Of a stretch of 64,000 nt of DNA, positions 36,416 to 49,299 are shown piece by piece. A model generated the notes under the pieces. The model saw only the letters and a program-made list of their open reading frames with translations, made no database searches and was not told the DNA's origin. Location of the stretch: assembly GCF_009834535.1 (NCBI RefSeq), contig NC_045697.1:19284001-19348000 (forward strand), in the 5' to 3' direction. The stretch is from Camelus ferus. Lineage: Eukaryota. The translations under genes were made by a program, and so were the position numbers. Position 1 is the stretch's first letter. Every line of letters begins with the position of its first letter.

Positions 36416-38519
36416 ACTGTTTGAGAAGTTTCACCACCCAGGACTAGAGGCTGGCTCCCCAGCCTCCCACCCAGTTTTCTTTTCACTACAGCACAACCCT
36501 ACTGTACCTGGAGCCCCCACCAGCCTCTCCCAAAGGAACCTGGAGAAATGACATCTACCATGAGCTAAACTCAGAGCACGGACCCTACCCCATTAGCTTT
36601 TTTTCCCTGAGATTTCTTCCCGGTTCCATCAGGCCCATCGTCTTCTCCAGCCCGAGGGACTTCCTAATCTAGTCTTGTTCCATGTGCCTTCTCTTCATTA
36701 TTCTTTCCAGTTTCATCTATCACTTTTTCACTTTTAACTTTTTCTTTCTAGGTTTCATTTTGGGGCACATGTTTCTGGTGAGTTCCTGAATTTTTTAATT
36801 GTCAGAAGGGCTGAACATCAAACACTTTTATACATTCTTTGGAAATACGAAAACAGATCTGTTCCTTTGGTTCTTATCAGACTTGCTCACCTGGAAGGCC
36901 CCTCTGCCCTCCTCAGGTTTCTCCAGGCTGTGACTGACCAGGAAGTGTACTTAACAGGACCTGCAGTTGACACCCCAGAGCCCCAGGCGGCAAGGCTCTG
37001 GTTGCTCGGTGAAGGCAACTTCAGAGCAAATGGATTGAAAACTTTGCAAGTCCCTAGTTCCTTAACCTCTGCTTTCCCAACACGTCCTTGATTCACAGCA
37101 GTTCTGTTTACAAGTTTGATAAGAAATAATGTTTGAAAATACCTCATTTCACTTTTCAGTACATTTGCTTTGAAAACCTCCAGCGTTCCCACAACCTTTC
37201 CTTATCTATATCGTACCAAAGTTCCAAAGTTTAATTTTTCCCCCTCCTTCACAGAGAATGACGTGCACACGCTCTCTGCTGACAGGATGGTAGATGGATT
37301 TACGCCAGTAATAAGAAGGGAATTTCTTCTGCTTGTGAAGAAACTCTTACACATGCCTCCTGAGAACCAGCCAGGACCTCTGGAATCCCAGAGCTAAGTC
37401 CACAGTCAGAAGCACATTGGATGAAGATGGGGAAGGAAGCAGGTGCGCCTCCCCACCTGGGCTTGACCCCCCAGCAGCTGGAGTCAAGGGCAGCTGCGGG
37501 CTCCTTCCTGGGGCTCAAGCCATGAAGATGCCAGCATTAAGGACAAGAAGAAAAGTAAAACTCTTGAGAAGGGAAATACAGGCTTCAAAGGACACTCAGA
37601 TTTGATTCTGACCCCGAAATATCTCTGCTTTGGGCTCATCACGCGTTGCCTGCAGCACACACGGCCCTTCCAGGAGCACTTCTCTGTGCTCTGTTTATTC
37701 AAATACTATCTCCGCGCAGCTTAGAGCAACAGGAGGGCGGATAGAACAGACCAGGGTGTTTTCTTTAGTCTCAGGCAGGCTTGAAAAAGCAGATGACAAA
37801 CCCACTCCAGCTTTTATATTTCCTCTTCTCGTACTCATTTTTTTTTTCCTGTCCACAGTTAAGAACAAATAACAAAAACATTCTTGTGACTCTTGAGTAT
37901 TGAAGCTGCCGGTCCAGGTTACATTTTGGAGGAACATGGGCATTCTTGGTTTTGCAGTCAATTGGGAACAATTTTCAGAATGCCAGGCCCTTTCTGCACT
38001 TTTACTTTCTTTCAAATGAAAATAGCTTTATTGTTTTCACTGATCAGAAAGGTAAGCAATCTGTGTGGTTTACCAGCTCAGAATTCAGACTGAGGTCAAA
38101 TCACTTTTTGTATTTCAGTAAAATGGCTTGGGCACCAGCTTTGCTACTGCAGGAATGTGTTGACCTTTCTGGGGTCTATTTCCCCCCTGTGTCAAGTCCA
38201 AGGACCCCAGGAACTTACTCAGTCCCAGCAGTCAGTCCTGGTTACAGCTGCCTGGTGTCGGGGAGTTGAGCCCGTGCATTGGCGCCCCCAGACCAAGGCC
38301 ATCACCAGGGTCCGAGCTCAGTTGTGAGCTGCAGTGAGGAAGGCTGGCAGGGCTCCTAAGGGAGTCTCTTTTCTCAGGAATTTCTTAAGTTTCTACCTAG
38401 ACAACCTGCCCATTGCTAGAGTGTCCACTCACACTAGACCTTCTTTATTTCTCACTCATCTGATTCCTATCCAGTTACAAACTGATCCTTACTGTCAAAA
38501 TATGAGCCTGCATGTATGT

Positions 38520-38740
38520 AGACACACACATACGGACACAGACAGACACATAGACACACACACATATCCATGCAGACACACAAATGCAGACACACACAGA
38601 CAAATATACACAGACATACACACAGACACATGCACAGACACACAGACACATACAGACACAGACACACACAGGCATACACACAGCACACACACACACACAG
38701 ACACACACAGCTACAGACAGACACACAGACACACACACAT
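38520..38740. repeat. Degenerate (CA)n/(CAGA) low-complexity tandem repeat
   Basis: Directly visible; generates the His/Thr- and Cys/Val-rich ORFs. Confidence 0.95.
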
Positions 38741-38804
38741 CTCCCAGGAGCTTCCTCATTGCCCCCGTGGGGCTCCAATTCCTAACCCTGGGTTCCCCCT
38801 CCTA

Positions 38805-38945
38805 TTAGTCAAAGTGTGGTCACGTGCCCAGCAGCCTCGGCATCCTCTAAGTTTGTTAGAAACGCAGGGTCCTTGGCCTCCCCCAGACCAGCTGACCTGG
38901 ATCTGTATTTGAACATGACCCCTACCGACGCACGCACGCTGCTCT
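38805..38945. mobile_element. MER5A MITE
   Basis: 'tcaaagtgtggtcacgtgcccagcagcctcggcatcctctaagtttgttagaaacgcag...atctgtatttgaacatgacccc'. Confidence 0.75.
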
Positions 38946-39569
38946 CTCCCTGCTGAGAAACCTTCCCTTCTCCACCTGCTGGGCCTCTCGGATGCTGCCT
39001 GCGCATCTCGGCCAGCACCCTACGTCTGTAACATTGTTTCGGCCTGACCCGCAGCCTCCATCACCGCTTGCAGTCTCACCTTGAAGGGTCTTTTGGATCC
39101 TGGAGGGCGAGTCTTGTCTCTGGGTTCCAGACCTGCTTCCCTTCTGATACATGGCAGCTGACAGATGGGGTTTGTCTTTGGGAGCCTGCTCTGGAGCTTA
39201 CGCTTGGAGACTTCTCTAGGCGCTCCCGTGATGCACTGACTTAAGGGAGGGAAGCCAGGCATCCAGAGTGAAGCCCTCTGGTGAGCTGCGTCCTTGGGCT
39301 CTGGTCCAGTGCTCTGCTCCCACCAGCGCACCTGCCTGTGTGTGCTGGTCCTAGCAGTTACCTCCCGAAAGTCAGGAGTTTGTGTCCCTGAAAACGCTCA
39401 CGGGGTAGTTACTTATCTCTCCCCCAGAACCTGATTCTCCTTTGGTTTTAGGGTCAATACACTTGGAACTAAAGCCTCTTCTTGCTACAGGTGAATTAAT
39501 TCCCTGAGCTCCTTGCTTTGGTGAGGACACGCGGTCTGCTGCTCCTAACAGAACTCCAACCACAGTGCT

Positions 39570-39850
39570 GTAACCAAATAGAGGTTTATTTTCCTTGGCT
39601 GGCAGAGTTCAGAGGTAGGCTGTCTGGGTTGCTTGGGGGCTCAAAGGTGCCATCGGGAACCAGACCCCTTCTAGCTCCGTGCTTCACCTTCCTTAACATG
39701 TGGTTCCACCTCTGGGCATGGTGTCTGTACCACAGGTGAAAATCAGGAAAGATCTTGTGTCAGCTTGAATCTTATTATCTGTATCAGAAAAGCAATGGTT
39801 TTCTGGACGCTCCAGCAGATGCATTTCATCAGTTCAAACTGGGTGATGGG
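39570..39850 (-). mobile_element. Old MaLR LTR fragment (MLT1)
   Basis: 'taaccaaatagaggtttatttt...agttcagaggtaggc...tgccatcgggaaccagacccc...ccttaacatgtgg'. Confidence 0.6.
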
Positions 39851-40089
39851 GACGTGTGAATAAGGTGAAGTGAGCCTGGGGATGGACAGATATTTATCAG
39901 TGTCTTCACAGCTGTGGTTCAGGATGCATCACCAGGCGGGATTTAGAGCTGATTTGATGTAGGGGTGACTGGAGAGTAGACAGGCTGCTGTGGCAGCCTG
40001 GGCAAAAGCGAGGAGGATCTCCATGAGGGTGGGTCAACTACAGGGAGGACCACCATCTTCATGGGGCACCCCACCTAAGCCCTCAGTTC

Positions 40090-40685
40090 CTCCCATCCGG
40101 CTGCCCCCTGCTAGGTCTCTATTTCCACCAGTGCCCTCTACACAGCAGCCACGGCGATCTTTCAAAATACATCTGTCCAAATCAGTGCAAATGACTCTCC
40201 TTGCTCGAAGCTTTGAGTGTCTTCCAATTTCACATATAAATCATAACCCTTAGAACATCTGGTGCCTGAGGAACTTCTCTGATCTCATCCCCTACCAGTC
40301 CCCCTTTCCCTCTGCTCCAGCCACACAAGATCCCTCTGCTTTTCACAGACAGCTCAATCCTGCCCCAGGGCCTTTGAACTGGCTGTTCTCCCGCAGTGTG
40401 CCACTCTCACTCTCTTCCCCCACATTGCTGCCTGGTTGGCTCTTTCTCCTCTTTCAAGTATCACCTCTTCCAAGAGGTCTTCCTTGACCACCTGTCTTAA
40501 GTGGTCAGACACCCCACCAGCCACCTGTCTCCTATTGACATTTCCTCTGTTTACAGCACACATGCTACCTGAGAGTGGGAATCCTCTCTGTCTTGTGCAC
40601 CTGTGTCCCCAGTGCTCAGAACAGTGTGTGACACTCAGTAGGAGCACTGTACCTAGTTGTTACCTGCATGCGATAAAATGAATTA
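40090..40685 (+). mobile_element. L2 3' region
   Basis: 'ctctacacagcagccacggcgatctttcaaaata...ctctgctccagccacac...cccagggcctttgaactggctgtt...tcacctcttccaagaggtcttccttgacc...ccccagtgctcagaacagtgtgtgacac'. Confidence 0.85.
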
Positions 40686-41554
40686 AGGACTCTGTATTAC
40701 TGCAGAGGGAGGAGCTGGTGTACCTTCCTCGACATGAGACCTAAGGAGACTGAAACCAGGTATCAGTGCCAGAAATGCATCCAGGGGGCTTGGCCCCTGG
40801 CTGAGAAGGTAAAGGTCATGTAGAGCAGGCATCAACAACAGATGGGAAGATGGGATCCTAGAGCAGGATCTGGAGAACAGATGAGGTGACTGTGGACCGG
40901 AGCAAACTCTGGGCAGGAAACTGCATTCCAGGAGCCTGGCACCATCTGGCTCTGCTACTTTCTGGGTAGAACAGTCCTGTTTGCCCAGTTCCGGGCTCTC
41001 TTTAAAGCCCTGCCTCAGGCATCGTCAGCTTCCTTGCTTAGGGGCCGATTAGATTGTGAGGGGAGAGGGAGAATGGGAGTGCCACTCACGTTCTTCGCAG
41101 GGTGAGGGTGACTTGGGTGGTTCTGCTGGTTGAAGAGGGTCACAGAGCAGAGAAGGGGGTGAGCTGCTGGGGGTTTTACGGGTACTTCTCCAGGCCTCCT
41201 GTTCCTGGGAATGCCGATGAAGTGAGGGGTGGTTGCCTTTCCCTGTATACACTGAATCTCAGCCTCTTAAACCCTTTTTACCAAATGATATTAAAGGCTA
41301 CAATACCCCCAGGGTTATTGTCATTGCCACCTTTAACAGAAGAACTCAGAATTCTCCTACTGGAATTTATTTGACTAGAATTTCTTTAGGGAAATAAACA
41401 GAGTATGATTAGAGTTTAATACACTCCCAGGTGGGTTTTCCTGTATTTACTTGCTAAGCAGCCTTCTGAAAACTAACATATATATATATATAAAGCTCTC
41501 AGTAGTCTTTATCAAATTAAGGATGATCATGATAAAGAATAAAGCGATAAGACT

Positions 41555-41918
41555 CAGTGCAGTAGACAGTCCAGCTGGTCACAAGTATCTGGCTCTTCTC
41601 TCCTTCCTGTATGTAACAGGATTATACCTCTCTGATGGCTTTGTTACTTGTTTTAGCCAATGAAATCTGAGTGGAAGTGATATTGCTTCTGCGTAGAAAC
41701 TTTAAGAGCCAATGAGAGATTTACTTTCCCAGGTGGTGTTGATCATGAAATCACCTGTCAGGACGAAGCCTCCAGCAGCCTGGGCCTCTGTGACGGCTGC
41801 ATATCCTCCCACCTCACTCTACTACCGGATAGGTAGTGTGAATTAAGATTAAGGTTAAGCCATTGAGATTTTGGTTTTACTATGCTATTGTAATATAATC
41901 TCTCTTACCGACTGTTAG
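41555..41918 (+). mobile_element. MaLR solo LTR (MLT1I/J-like)
   Basis: 'acttgttttagccaatgaaatctgagtggaagtga...tttaagagcca...gttaagccattgagattttgg'. Confidence 0.7.
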
Positions 41919-42296
41919 AATCATATTTGCTCATATTTGGGAATCGCAGGGACAACATCTGTCAGTTACCTGCGGCGTGTGACACGAGGCACCACCTAAA
42001 TATCTGGCCCGTTGCTAGAGATCAAAAATCAGAAATGCTGAAGTAAGCAAACAGTGGCAACTATGTACTAATACTTACCTATCTCGATTGTATTTTGTTA
42101 TGTAATGTGATTTCTATTATTTTTCTATTCAATTCTGTTGTCTTATTTCTACAATTTAATTTTCAACTTAAAAGAAACGCTAAATGAAGTCCTTTGAGCC
42201 AAAATAAAGGGCATTATACATTAACTTGAATCCACATGAGTAAATAAAAAGAGTACTGATAACGGTAACTATTTAGGTAAATATAAAAGGCATTTT

Positions 42297-42944
42297 GTTT
42301 TTTAATTTAATTTTTTTTAAATTTTAATACAATTTTTAAAGACTACTTACCATTTACTATAAAATATTGGCTAAATTCCCCATGTTGTACAATACATCCT
42401 TGGGTGTAGGTCCTACACCCAACAGTTTGTACCTCCCACCTCTCACCCCTATACTTCCCCACCCCTTTTCCCTGTCCCCACTGGTAACTACTAGTTTGTC
42501 CTATCTGTGAGTCTGCTTCTTTTATGTTATATTCACTAGTTTGTATTTTTTAGATTCCACATATGAGCAATACCATACAGTATATATCTTTCTGTCTGAC
42601 ATTTCATTTTTTAAAATAATTTATTTATTTATTTTTATTGGCTTACTTTTTTCTTTTTTTGGTGGGGAGAGGTAATTAGGTTTGTTTGTTTGTTTATTTA
42701 TTTATTTATTTATTTATTTATGTATTTATGTATTTATTTATTTTTAGAGGAGGTACTGAGGATTGAACCCAGGACCTTATGCATGCTATGTATGTGCTGT
42801 ACCACTGAGCTATACCCTCCCCCACCCTGTCTGACTTATTTCATTTAGCATAATGCCCTCCAAGTCCATCCATGTTTCTACAAATGACATTATTTCATTC
42901 CTTTTTATGGCTGCATAGTATTCCATTGTATATATGTACTACAT
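42297..42944 (-). mobile_element. Younger LINE-1 3' end inserted in the old L1
   Basis: TSD taaaaggcatttt (42284-42296) / taaaagacatttt (42945-42957). 3'UTR 'ctggtaactactagtttg...ttagattccacatatgag'. Confidence 0.9.
42610..42826 (-). mobile_element. tRNA-derived SINE, Vic-1-like (camelid)
   Basis: Minus strand reads gggggagggtatagctcagtggtacagcac...aaggtcctgggttcaatcctcagtacctcc, then (AAAT)n, cctaattacctctcccc and an A-rich tail. Pol III A box at 42802-42812, B box at 42760-42770. TSD ctgtctgac(tt)atttcattt at 42592-42609 / 42827-42846. Confidence 0.88.
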
Positions 42945-43181
42945 TAAAAGACATTTTAAGTGTATTTTCATTTGTAACTATTCTCTTGATTTAAGAGACA
43001 ATGGAATAAAACAATAATTATAAAACTGTGTTGGTGAGCTCATAATGTATAAAGATGTGATTTGTGTGGCAATAATAGTACAGAGGAGGGCAGAGGGAAT
43101 AGAACTGTATTGGGGCAAAGTTTTTGCATACTACTGAAATTAAATTGGTATTAGTGTAGCCAGACTGTATTTAGTTGAGAT

Positions 43182-43796
43182 TTTTTTTAATTGAAGTATT
43201 GTTGATTTGCAATGTTGTTTTAGTTTATGGTATACAGCATAGTGATTCAGTTATACATTTATATGTATTCTTTTTCATTATAGATTATTACAAGATATTA
43301 AATATAGTTCCATGTGCTATGCAGTAGGACCTCGTTTATCTATTTTATATATAATAGTTTTTACATGCTAATTCCAAACTCCTAATTTATCTTTACCTGC
43401 TTCTCCTTTGGTAACTGTAAGTTTGTTTTCTATATCTGTGAGTCTGGTTCTGTTTTGTAAGTAAGTTCATTTGTGTCTTTTTTTTTTTTTTTTTTAGATT
43501 CTACATATAAGTGATATTATATGGTATTTTTCTTTCTCTGTCTGGTATGAACATTGGGGTGCATGTATCTTTACCAGTTAGAATTTTCTCTGGATATGTG
43601 TCCAGGAGTGGGATTGCTGGATCATATGGTAGGTCTGTTTTTAGTTTTTAAAGGCATCTTCATATTGTTTTCCATAATGTCTGCACCAAATTACATTCTC
43701 ATCAGTGGTGCAGGAGGGTTCCCTTTTCTTCACACGCTCGCTAGCATTTATCATTGTGGACTTTTTAATGATGGCCATTCTGACTGGTGTGAGGTG
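43182..43796 (-). mobile_element. Second younger LINE-1 3' end inserted in the old L1
   Basis: 'ttttttaattgaagtattgttgatttgcaatgttg...gtgggattgctggatcatatggtag...gatggccattctgactggtgtgaggtga'. Imperfect TSD atttagttgagat / atttaagttaagat. Internal deletion at ~43545. Confidence 0.9.
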
Positions 43797-46574
43797 ATTT
43801 AAGTTAAGATATTAATTGTAATCCTCATGAACACAATCCTCAATTATTAAGGAAATAATTCACAACATATAGTAAAAGAAACAACTAATGAATTAAAACA
43901 GTATACAAGAAATATCTCTCTAACACACAAAAAAGAAAGAGAGGAACAAAAAAGACATAAAATACACAGGAAGAAATTCCAGCAAAATGGTGGACATGCA
44001 TCCTACTTTATCAATAATTGCCCTAAATGTAAATGGATTATATCTTCCAATTAAAAGGCAGATATTTGCAAAATGGATTAAAAAACTATGATCCAAGTAT
44101 ATGCTGTGTAAAAGAGACAAACTTAGGTTCAAAGACACAAATAGTTTGAAAGTAGAAGAGTGGAAATTATGTACCATTCACACAGTACTTAAACGAGAGC
44201 TAAAGTAGTTATATTATCAGACAAAATAGACTTTAAGACAAAAATTGTTACTAAAGGAAAAGAACATTTTATAATGATAAAAGTGTAAACCCATCAGGAT
44301 GACATAATAATTATAAACATACATGTACCTAAGAAAAAAGCCCCCAAATACATGAAGCAAACGCAGACAGCATTGAAAGGAGAAACAGACAATCTAATAA
44401 TAATAATTAGAGAGTTTACTAACTCACTATTAATAATGGGTAGAACAACCTGACTTAAGATCAATAGGGAAACAGAAGAAGACTTGAAAAATGCTCTAAC
44501 CCAACTAGACCTAACAGACATTTATGAAATACTGCACCCAACAGTATCTAGAATAGACTATGTGTTAAGCCATAAAACAAACCTCAATAAATTTAAAAGA
44601 ATTTAAATCATATAAAATAAGTTCTGTGACCACAATGGAATGGAATTAGAAATCCATAATAGAAAGAAGTTTGGGAGGTTTACAAATATGTGGAAATTAA
44701 ACAACATACTCCAAAATAACCAATGGGCCAAAGAAGAAATCACAAAGAAAATTGGAAAATACTTTGAGATGAATGAAAATTAAAATGCACATAACAAAAC
44801 AGAGGAGATACAGCTAAATCACTGCTTAGCTTGATAGTTTTAGCCATGTATATGAAATCACCTATATTAAACCATCTATATTAAAAATATAAAAAGATCT
44901 CAAATCAATTTCCTAAATTCTACCTTAAGAAACAAAAGCAAAAAGACAGCAACTAACTCAAAGCAAACAGAAGGAAGAAAACAATAAGAACTAAGAAAGA
45001 AATAAACGAAATAAAGAATATAAGAACATTAGAGAAAATCTATAAAACAAAAAGTTTATTCTTTGAAAAGTCCTGCCAAACTGACAAACCTTAAAGCTAA
45101 CTGACAAAGCAAAAAGAGAGAGAAGATTCAAATTATTAAAATCAGTAACAATAGAGAGAGAAAATCACTACTGATTTATAGAAATAAAAAAAGTTTATAA
45201 GGGAATACTATGAACACTTGCAAGCCGAACAAATCAGATAACCTAAATGAATTGGAAAAATTGCTAATGTCTAAACAGATTTTCCTGAAGTTTCAGTAGT
45301 TTGTGAATACACTATAAACCACTGAGTTGTACAGTTTAAAAGGGTGAACTTCAGTCACATGTGAATTTTATCTTAACAAAGCTATTATTTAAGAAAAGTC
45401 TAATTTCCTTCTTGCTTTCTTAAATGTTACAAGGAGTGAGTGGTAACTTGGACATTTTACAGGTTACAGATATCAACCCTTTGAGTATCTGTATTATTTC
45501 ATTTCAATCTCTCTCTCTCTCTTTTTTTTTTCCTCTGGTCTGGAGGAACATAGAAGGAGAAAATGTCAAATAATTTTTGACAGAGGATAGCAAAGTCAAT
45601 TAATTTATGTCTACACCTCTCTTTTTTATTATCTTTTATAAATATCTCTAATGATCTGTTTTCTCTTGTGCCATTTTCTATTTGTTAGACTTTGAAAAGT
45701 AACATGACATCTTTGCAATTTTTTGAAAAACAACATCAAAACTGTGAGTACTTTTCAAAATGTTGTATAGTTTTCATCTTATTCGTTTACATGCCAGTTC
45801 TCTAAATATAGAGAACATAGAAGAAATGGCTCCATGAAAAGATTTGGGCTTGTAATCTGAAGATTAGTTCCTATATAGTTTACAAAAATAAGTACAAGAC
45901 ATTTTTCCACGGAGGGAGAATGATCCAGATCATAAAATTTCGGTTTCCACGCCTAGGTTAATCATAACATGTTAGAAACACAGATCTTGACTCCCCGGTA
46001 TTCCCACTCTTATGTAGTGCACATTGTTTCCCAGATTTTCTAGTTTTACTTTGAAATATTACATTCATAAAACTCTGAGGAGTACAATTTCTTCATAATG
46101 CCTTTCCTCTCATCACTGCTGCTGTGTATAATTTATATAGCATCTCTGGCATTCTTTGTGCTTTGTGTAGCTGAGATGCCAAGGTCTTCACTCTGAAGAG
46201 CTTAGAATTCAGAACCTAAAGCTCCATGCACTAGGAACAATAAAGCAAGAAGTGATGGTGGTGTGTGGAGGTTTCAAGGTCTCTAAATCTGCTCTTACAA
46301 GATTCTCAAGTCATCACTGGAACAGGTCCTTTTTGTGCTCAGTAGCCAGAATTAAAAATGGGACCTTGGGTAACCCCATTTCCTTTTCCCATGGAACTAC
46401 GATAATGTGCCAGGCTCTATTTTCCTAATTTTCATGAAAACTTATCAGAGTGGCAGGTTGTTTAATTCATAACAATGATTGTCTGCTCTTGGGTACCATG
46501 TATGCTATTTTATCTATAAATTTCTTGTGGGAAAAGCCTATGTGTTTTGTGTTTTAAAGATAGTTTCAGTGTTA

Positions 46575-47120
46575 GAAACATAATTATGTAAGTCTTATTA
46601 TTTCAGTATGGAATAAGAAAAATCCCTAGCAAATCATTTAAACAAAAAACAAAAAAGGGAATTTATTGATTTAAGTACCTGAAAAGTTTAATGGTTGTCA
46701 CCTTTGGGTATGGCTGGATTCCGGCTCAACTGATGTCACAGGTGATTTTCAGGTCCTGATATTTCTCCATCCTTCAGTTCTGCTTCCCAAGGTTTGTTTT
46801 TATGGTTGCTAGCTCAGGCCTCTCTTCCTGGTGGCGATCTGGCTCCGACTAATCTGGGCCAGAAGGTGAGAAGACAAGAGAGCCTCTCTCTCTGTTTCTC
46901 TGTCTCTGTCTCGCCCTGTGTTTCCTGCGAAAGTCATTGGTTTTACTTGGATTGCTTATCCATCCATCCCTGACACATCATGGTAGCTGAGGATGTAATG
47001 TTCTCATTAGCCAGTCCAGGTGTGAGACTAATATAATCTTAACATCATCAAATGAAAGCGAAAGGATTTGGCTCTTGTTTCTACATAAGAGTGAGGGACA
47101 CTGGTTGGTCTATCACAATA
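46575..47120 (-). mobile_element. Old MaLR LTR (MLT1K/L-like)
   Basis: 'ttaaacaaaaaac...gggaatttattg...ctgaaaagt...tggctggattccggctcaactgatgtcac'. Confidence 0.65.
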
Positions 47121-48832
47121 GATAGTTGGTAATCATTTACTAATAGATGAATCTGGGTCATTTAAATTTGGATTATCATTTGGATTTCTCAAACCCTCAT
47201 CAGAATCTGCTGAGAAGACAAATCAACACATTTATTTCCATTAAGTCAATATTGAGTAAGAATGCCTATTAATGTAGGGCTGTTCAGAACCTTTAGTATT
47301 AAGAGCCTTGTTTTCAAGTCTAAATTAACCATGAGAAGTTTACCCACTGATGCATGGAGTACTCATGGTTCTGTTTAAGCAATTATATAGGTCAGTGTCA
47401 CCTGTTTAGCCAGGCTTTGTGGAGCAGAGTTTGGTTTCCTCTGCTTTGTGCAGTAGTATTTGGAACCTTGATCATGGTGGTGTCGAATGACGCTATGGAA
47501 TGACGGTAGTAAGCAGAGGTGTCTAGAGTTCCTGTTTTCATATGGCATTTCTTCTAATATGATCCACCACTTTGGGATGGTTTTCTGTAAGTTAAATGAA
47601 ATTTCCTTTGCTTTTCCTTTAGGCCAATTCCCTTGCAAAGCAAGACATTTATTTCTGACCTTAAGGCATCAATACAGGGAACTGACAGTGCCTTCTGGGG
47701 GCGACCTGGCTTCCCTCCTTTGTGCACCAGCCTCTGAGGTCCCAATTCCCCATTCACCCATTATATCCCAACTTCAGGTTGACTGTGTCTATCAATTTGT
47801 AGACAAAAATAACAGTTAAGTAACAAGAAGGAAGTTTGCCCTTAAGGGAATACCCAAATGTTATACTGGAGTCTCACCAGGACCTCCTGCATCAGATTAA
47901 AACCCGTTTTTACCAGCACAGGAAGAATTTTCTGCAAACGTTTGTGTTTGTGTAGCTTGTTTACCTCAGCTGGAAATTGCAACAGATCACAATTTGAAGA
48001 GTGTTGACTTTTTTCTTCTAAATCATACTCAGTGGTAATTATTGGGATCCAGATTTTGTTGTTATTGTTTGAAATTTGTGGGAAGTAAACTTGGATTGGG
48101 TTCAGGCTCTTGAGATCTGGATAAAATAGGCAAGGTGGGACTCCAAGTGATTTCTGGAAGGAGAGAACAGATCTGGAAGAGTTTCCATGGTTTGTGCCCC
48201 TCTGAATGGTCTTTCTCTCTTGCTTCCCCCTCTGAGTAGTGCGTCTTAAGAATGATGACCCTTAGGTACTATATGATTCAGAATACCAAACATTCTTTTC
48301 TGTTTATTTGACTCCATTTAGTAAGTCACAATAGAGACTCCATAAAGAATTTGTAGTAAAGTTTTGACGTAAAATTTTTCTTGGTCTTGGTCCTGCAATT
48401 GACAAGAATTTCAGCATCCCAGCATACCTTCTTTCTTGAGAATCCCAGGGAATGAATATTTTACAGTACTTGGGAGGAGAGGGCAGGTGGGATGGCTTGC
48501 ACACATGCTCCATGATGCCAGAAGCTGTGGCATGTTGGGAATTAACCTCATCCCAGTGCTAGACTTGGGATGAAACTTGTGGAGCTTCTTCAGTATTTTT
48601 GGACTATGGGAATTAGAAATAATTTTAAAATATTTTATTTGCACACAGTACTAAAATAGAAGGATAGTTATATGGCCAGAGAAAGCTATCTGGTATACCC
48701 CTAAGAAACATAAGAGAAATTCTCTACAGTTTAAAAACTAACCTTCAATCTCATAAACTTAGTAGTTTCCCTTGTTGAGTCTACTAAAAGAAGAGTCTTT
48801 TTTTTAACCCATGTGGATTTACATTACAAAAG

Positions 48833-49175
48833 TGTGGCAGTAAAAGTAATATTCACAAAATATTTCATTTATTCGCCTACATTTTCCATTGTCCTTGCAG
48901 TAAGGCAAGGCCATGTGCCTAGTTTTCGCTAGTGGGCTCTGAACAGAAGTTGTATTTTTCTCTTCAGGGTGGGAAATTCCTATACACGCTTTTTCTGCTG
49001 CAGCTCAGGAGGTCTTGTATTCCACACAGTACAGCTACAACAGGGTGAATTTTCAGCTCTTGAGTGAATTTATAGAGCTCTATCCCCCACCAGCCCTGGA
49101 TGGACTTGTAGCATGTTAAGGCACTTAGATTTTGGGGTTGTTTATCACTGCAGCATAATTGCACCTAATATACCC
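48833..49175 (+). mobile_element. MaLR solo LTR (MLT1I/J-like)
   Basis: 'ccttgcagtaaggcaaggccatgtgcctagttt...gcacttagattttggggttgtttatcactgcagcataa'. Confidence 0.75.
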
Positions 49176-49299
49176 AGTGCATGAGACTGCTGTACAGAAA
49201 TCAAATGCTAATTTTTAAATGTGTGGCGGTGTATGTAACTGTTAAAGGGCTGCACATCTGAGTCCCTAGGTCACTTCATTCTTTCCTTAAAGCAGACCA

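Larger units (their letters stand above)
42165..45400 (+). mobile_element. Old LINE-1 (ORF1 end, inter-ORF, ORF2 endonuclease region, 3' tail), interrupted by younger elements
   Basis: From the ATG at 43987 it reads MVDMHPTLSIIALNVNGLYLPIKRQIFAKWIKK, the L1 endonuclease N-terminus, then decays. A-rich ORF2 sequence continues to ~45265. An L1M-type 3' terminus 'tgtgaatacactataaaccactgagttgtacagtttaaaagggtgaac' lies at ~45300-45397. Confidence 0.9.

Noticed and set aside
38334..38912. Longest ORF (192 aa) and overlapping His/Thr- and Cys/Val-rich ORFs
   Set aside because: Open only because they cross a CA/CAGA low-complexity repeat and a MER5A; no protein-like content.
42071..42080. ATACTTACCT, identical to the U1 snRNA 5' end and a perfect minus-strand splice donor
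   Set aside because: Similarity to U1 stops after 10 nt, and I found no convincing associated exon.
42750..42826. tRNA-like sequence with A and B boxes
   Set aside because: It is the head of a SINE (tail, TSD, degenerate stems), not a tRNA gene.
43987..45265. Endonuclease-like reading frame (LNVNGL..PIKR)
   Set aside because: Decayed L1 ORF2 with stops and frameshifts; not an intact or domesticated gene.
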